64,000 bases of DNA from Tubiluchus corallicola (lineage: Eukaryota > Animalia > Priapulida): assembly GCA_030141605.1 (NCBI GenBank), contig JAQGDQ010000435.1, positions 81,169 through 145,168 of the forward strand, written 5' to 3'. Position numbers and translations under genes: made by a program. Numbering within the stretch: the first letter of the stretch is position 1; each line of letters starts with the position of its first letter. The notes beneath the pieces were generated by a model. That model worked only from the letters and a program-made list of their open reading frames with translations. It was not told the DNA's origin and did not search any database. Below are positions 62,442 to 64,000 of the stretch, one piece after another.

Positions 62442-64000
62442 ATTGTTTGCAGCTCAGTAAAAATAGCTACAACGAAAATTATTATTTACTTGTACGCCTA
62501 GCGAAAGTTAAGAAACTGATGACACTTAATGGATTTTGTTACTGTATAATAATAATTATGTTCTTATATATCAGTTATCTATTTAATTTTTACGTTTGCA
62601 CACATTTGTGCTGTGCATTAAAATTTAAATATTATATAATCATACTATTTTTTAATCATGACATTTGCCCGTATACATAACCGACATACATAAGGCAACA
62701 AAGTTAATGTAGAAGATTGCAGCAGAATAATAAAGAAGAAATTGTTAAATCCACGACCAAATTCAAATGAGTAGAGGCACATGGACACAGAATGACGTCA
62801 TTTTATATGTCAGTATTGCATTATTTTTCTGTCGTTATTTCGTTACTAAGACAACAGTTTCTATGCAGTGCGATCAAAAATACTAGAAGAAGCCAACTAC
62901 AGTGAGTATAGTAAATCGATTACAGATATTTTCGAAAAAAAAATCCTGAAAACATGCCCATGCACGCATTTACGCACACGCGCATTTCCGCTCAGATAAT
63001 AGAAAATAAACCAAACAAACGAACAGAACAATCACGGTTGTAGTTTTTGTGTTTTTGTGTTTTTTGTTTATTTCAAAACAGATATTAAAATTTTTAGCCC
63101 TGCATATCCGGCAAGCACAGAGACTAAATGGTTCGTTATGTGAAGTTACAAACAGAAAGCATGAATTCATTGAGTATTTGTTTCGAAGCGTTGCAATTTT
63201 ACTAGCATGACAGCATTTCCTATTACACAGTTTTGGGTGCTGAAGAAGACCAGAAGTGATCAAACTATCTATCCAGGAATAAACTCCCAACAAAAATTAA
63301 TGACTTTTATGTTTATATACTTTTTGGGAAAGTTGGCTAGTGGACAAAAAAAATAAGTCCCTCTTAAAAATGCTATAGGACCTAAGAATCTTTATCCAAT
63401 TTGTATGTAAATTTAACACGGTAAAGTGACATTTATGTAGCACCCCTAATGCGAATGAGTTATGAGGGGTTATGGAATAAATAAAATCGGTTTATATTGT
63501 TTTCAATGCAGCCGTTTGTCAGACCTGCGTTATGCGACATTTTCTTCTGCGGGTATTTCCTATTGATTTTTTTTATTTCGCAGCTATTCCGCAGCTAGAT
63601 AACACATTCCGGATGCTACACAAACGCTACTTAAAACAGAAATTTTTCCACACTTATCCGCCGTTATTGCTAAGAAAGTCGAAAAAATAAACATTTTCTG
63701 CTTGATTTTGACATTTAACCTATAAAAATGAGAAAAACTAGATACTTCCTATGAAGTACTGTCTTAATGGACGCGTTAATTCATTTTATTTTATTTACTC
63801 ATTTATTTTACTTTTGTTTTTTTTTCAGATTTCCAAATTCTTTTCTTCTCTCATGTATCTCAGTGGAATCACTCTTCCTTAGCATTTTATCAACGCCTGA
63901 TCTTGACTACTTCTTATTGGGAAACTTACAGAAAATCGGGAAGGTGGCAACAATAAAACTTTAGCAGTCGGTAAACGAGGAATTCGATTGTGTACGTTAC

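Overview
AT-rich eukaryotic DNA, probably from a non-vertebrate animal; the exact taxon cannot be determined here. Left to right: (1) a nearly complete BEL/Pao LTR retrotransposon on the minus strand (intact 1981-aa gag-pol ORF, two ~600-bp LTRs) inserted antisense in an intron of (2) an ataxin-10 (ATXN10) gene, of which 8 coding exons (8568-19603) were reconstructed by hand with consistent splice phases, including a U12-type (minor spliceosome) last intron; (3) a complete 4-exon Wnt7 gene on the minus strand (48009-25772, 353 aa), tail-to-tail with ATXN10 as in human ATXN10-WNT7B; (4) two exons of a pentraxin-domain gene with a frameshift in the HxCxTW motif; (5) a decayed Penelope-like retroelement; (6) a single-exon doublecortin-domain ORF. 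Introns and spacers contain MITEs (hAT-, pogo/Tc1-, piggyBac-, Kolobok-like), solo LTRs, LINE and Harbinger relics, a 330-bp palindrome and many microsatellites. I found no clearly new multi-gene system. The best leads are the U12 intron, the unevenly diverged LTR pair, the intronic palindrome, the RT-motif-like uORF in the Wnt7 leader and the unusual DCX protein. All homology calls come from motif recognition by eye, not database searches.
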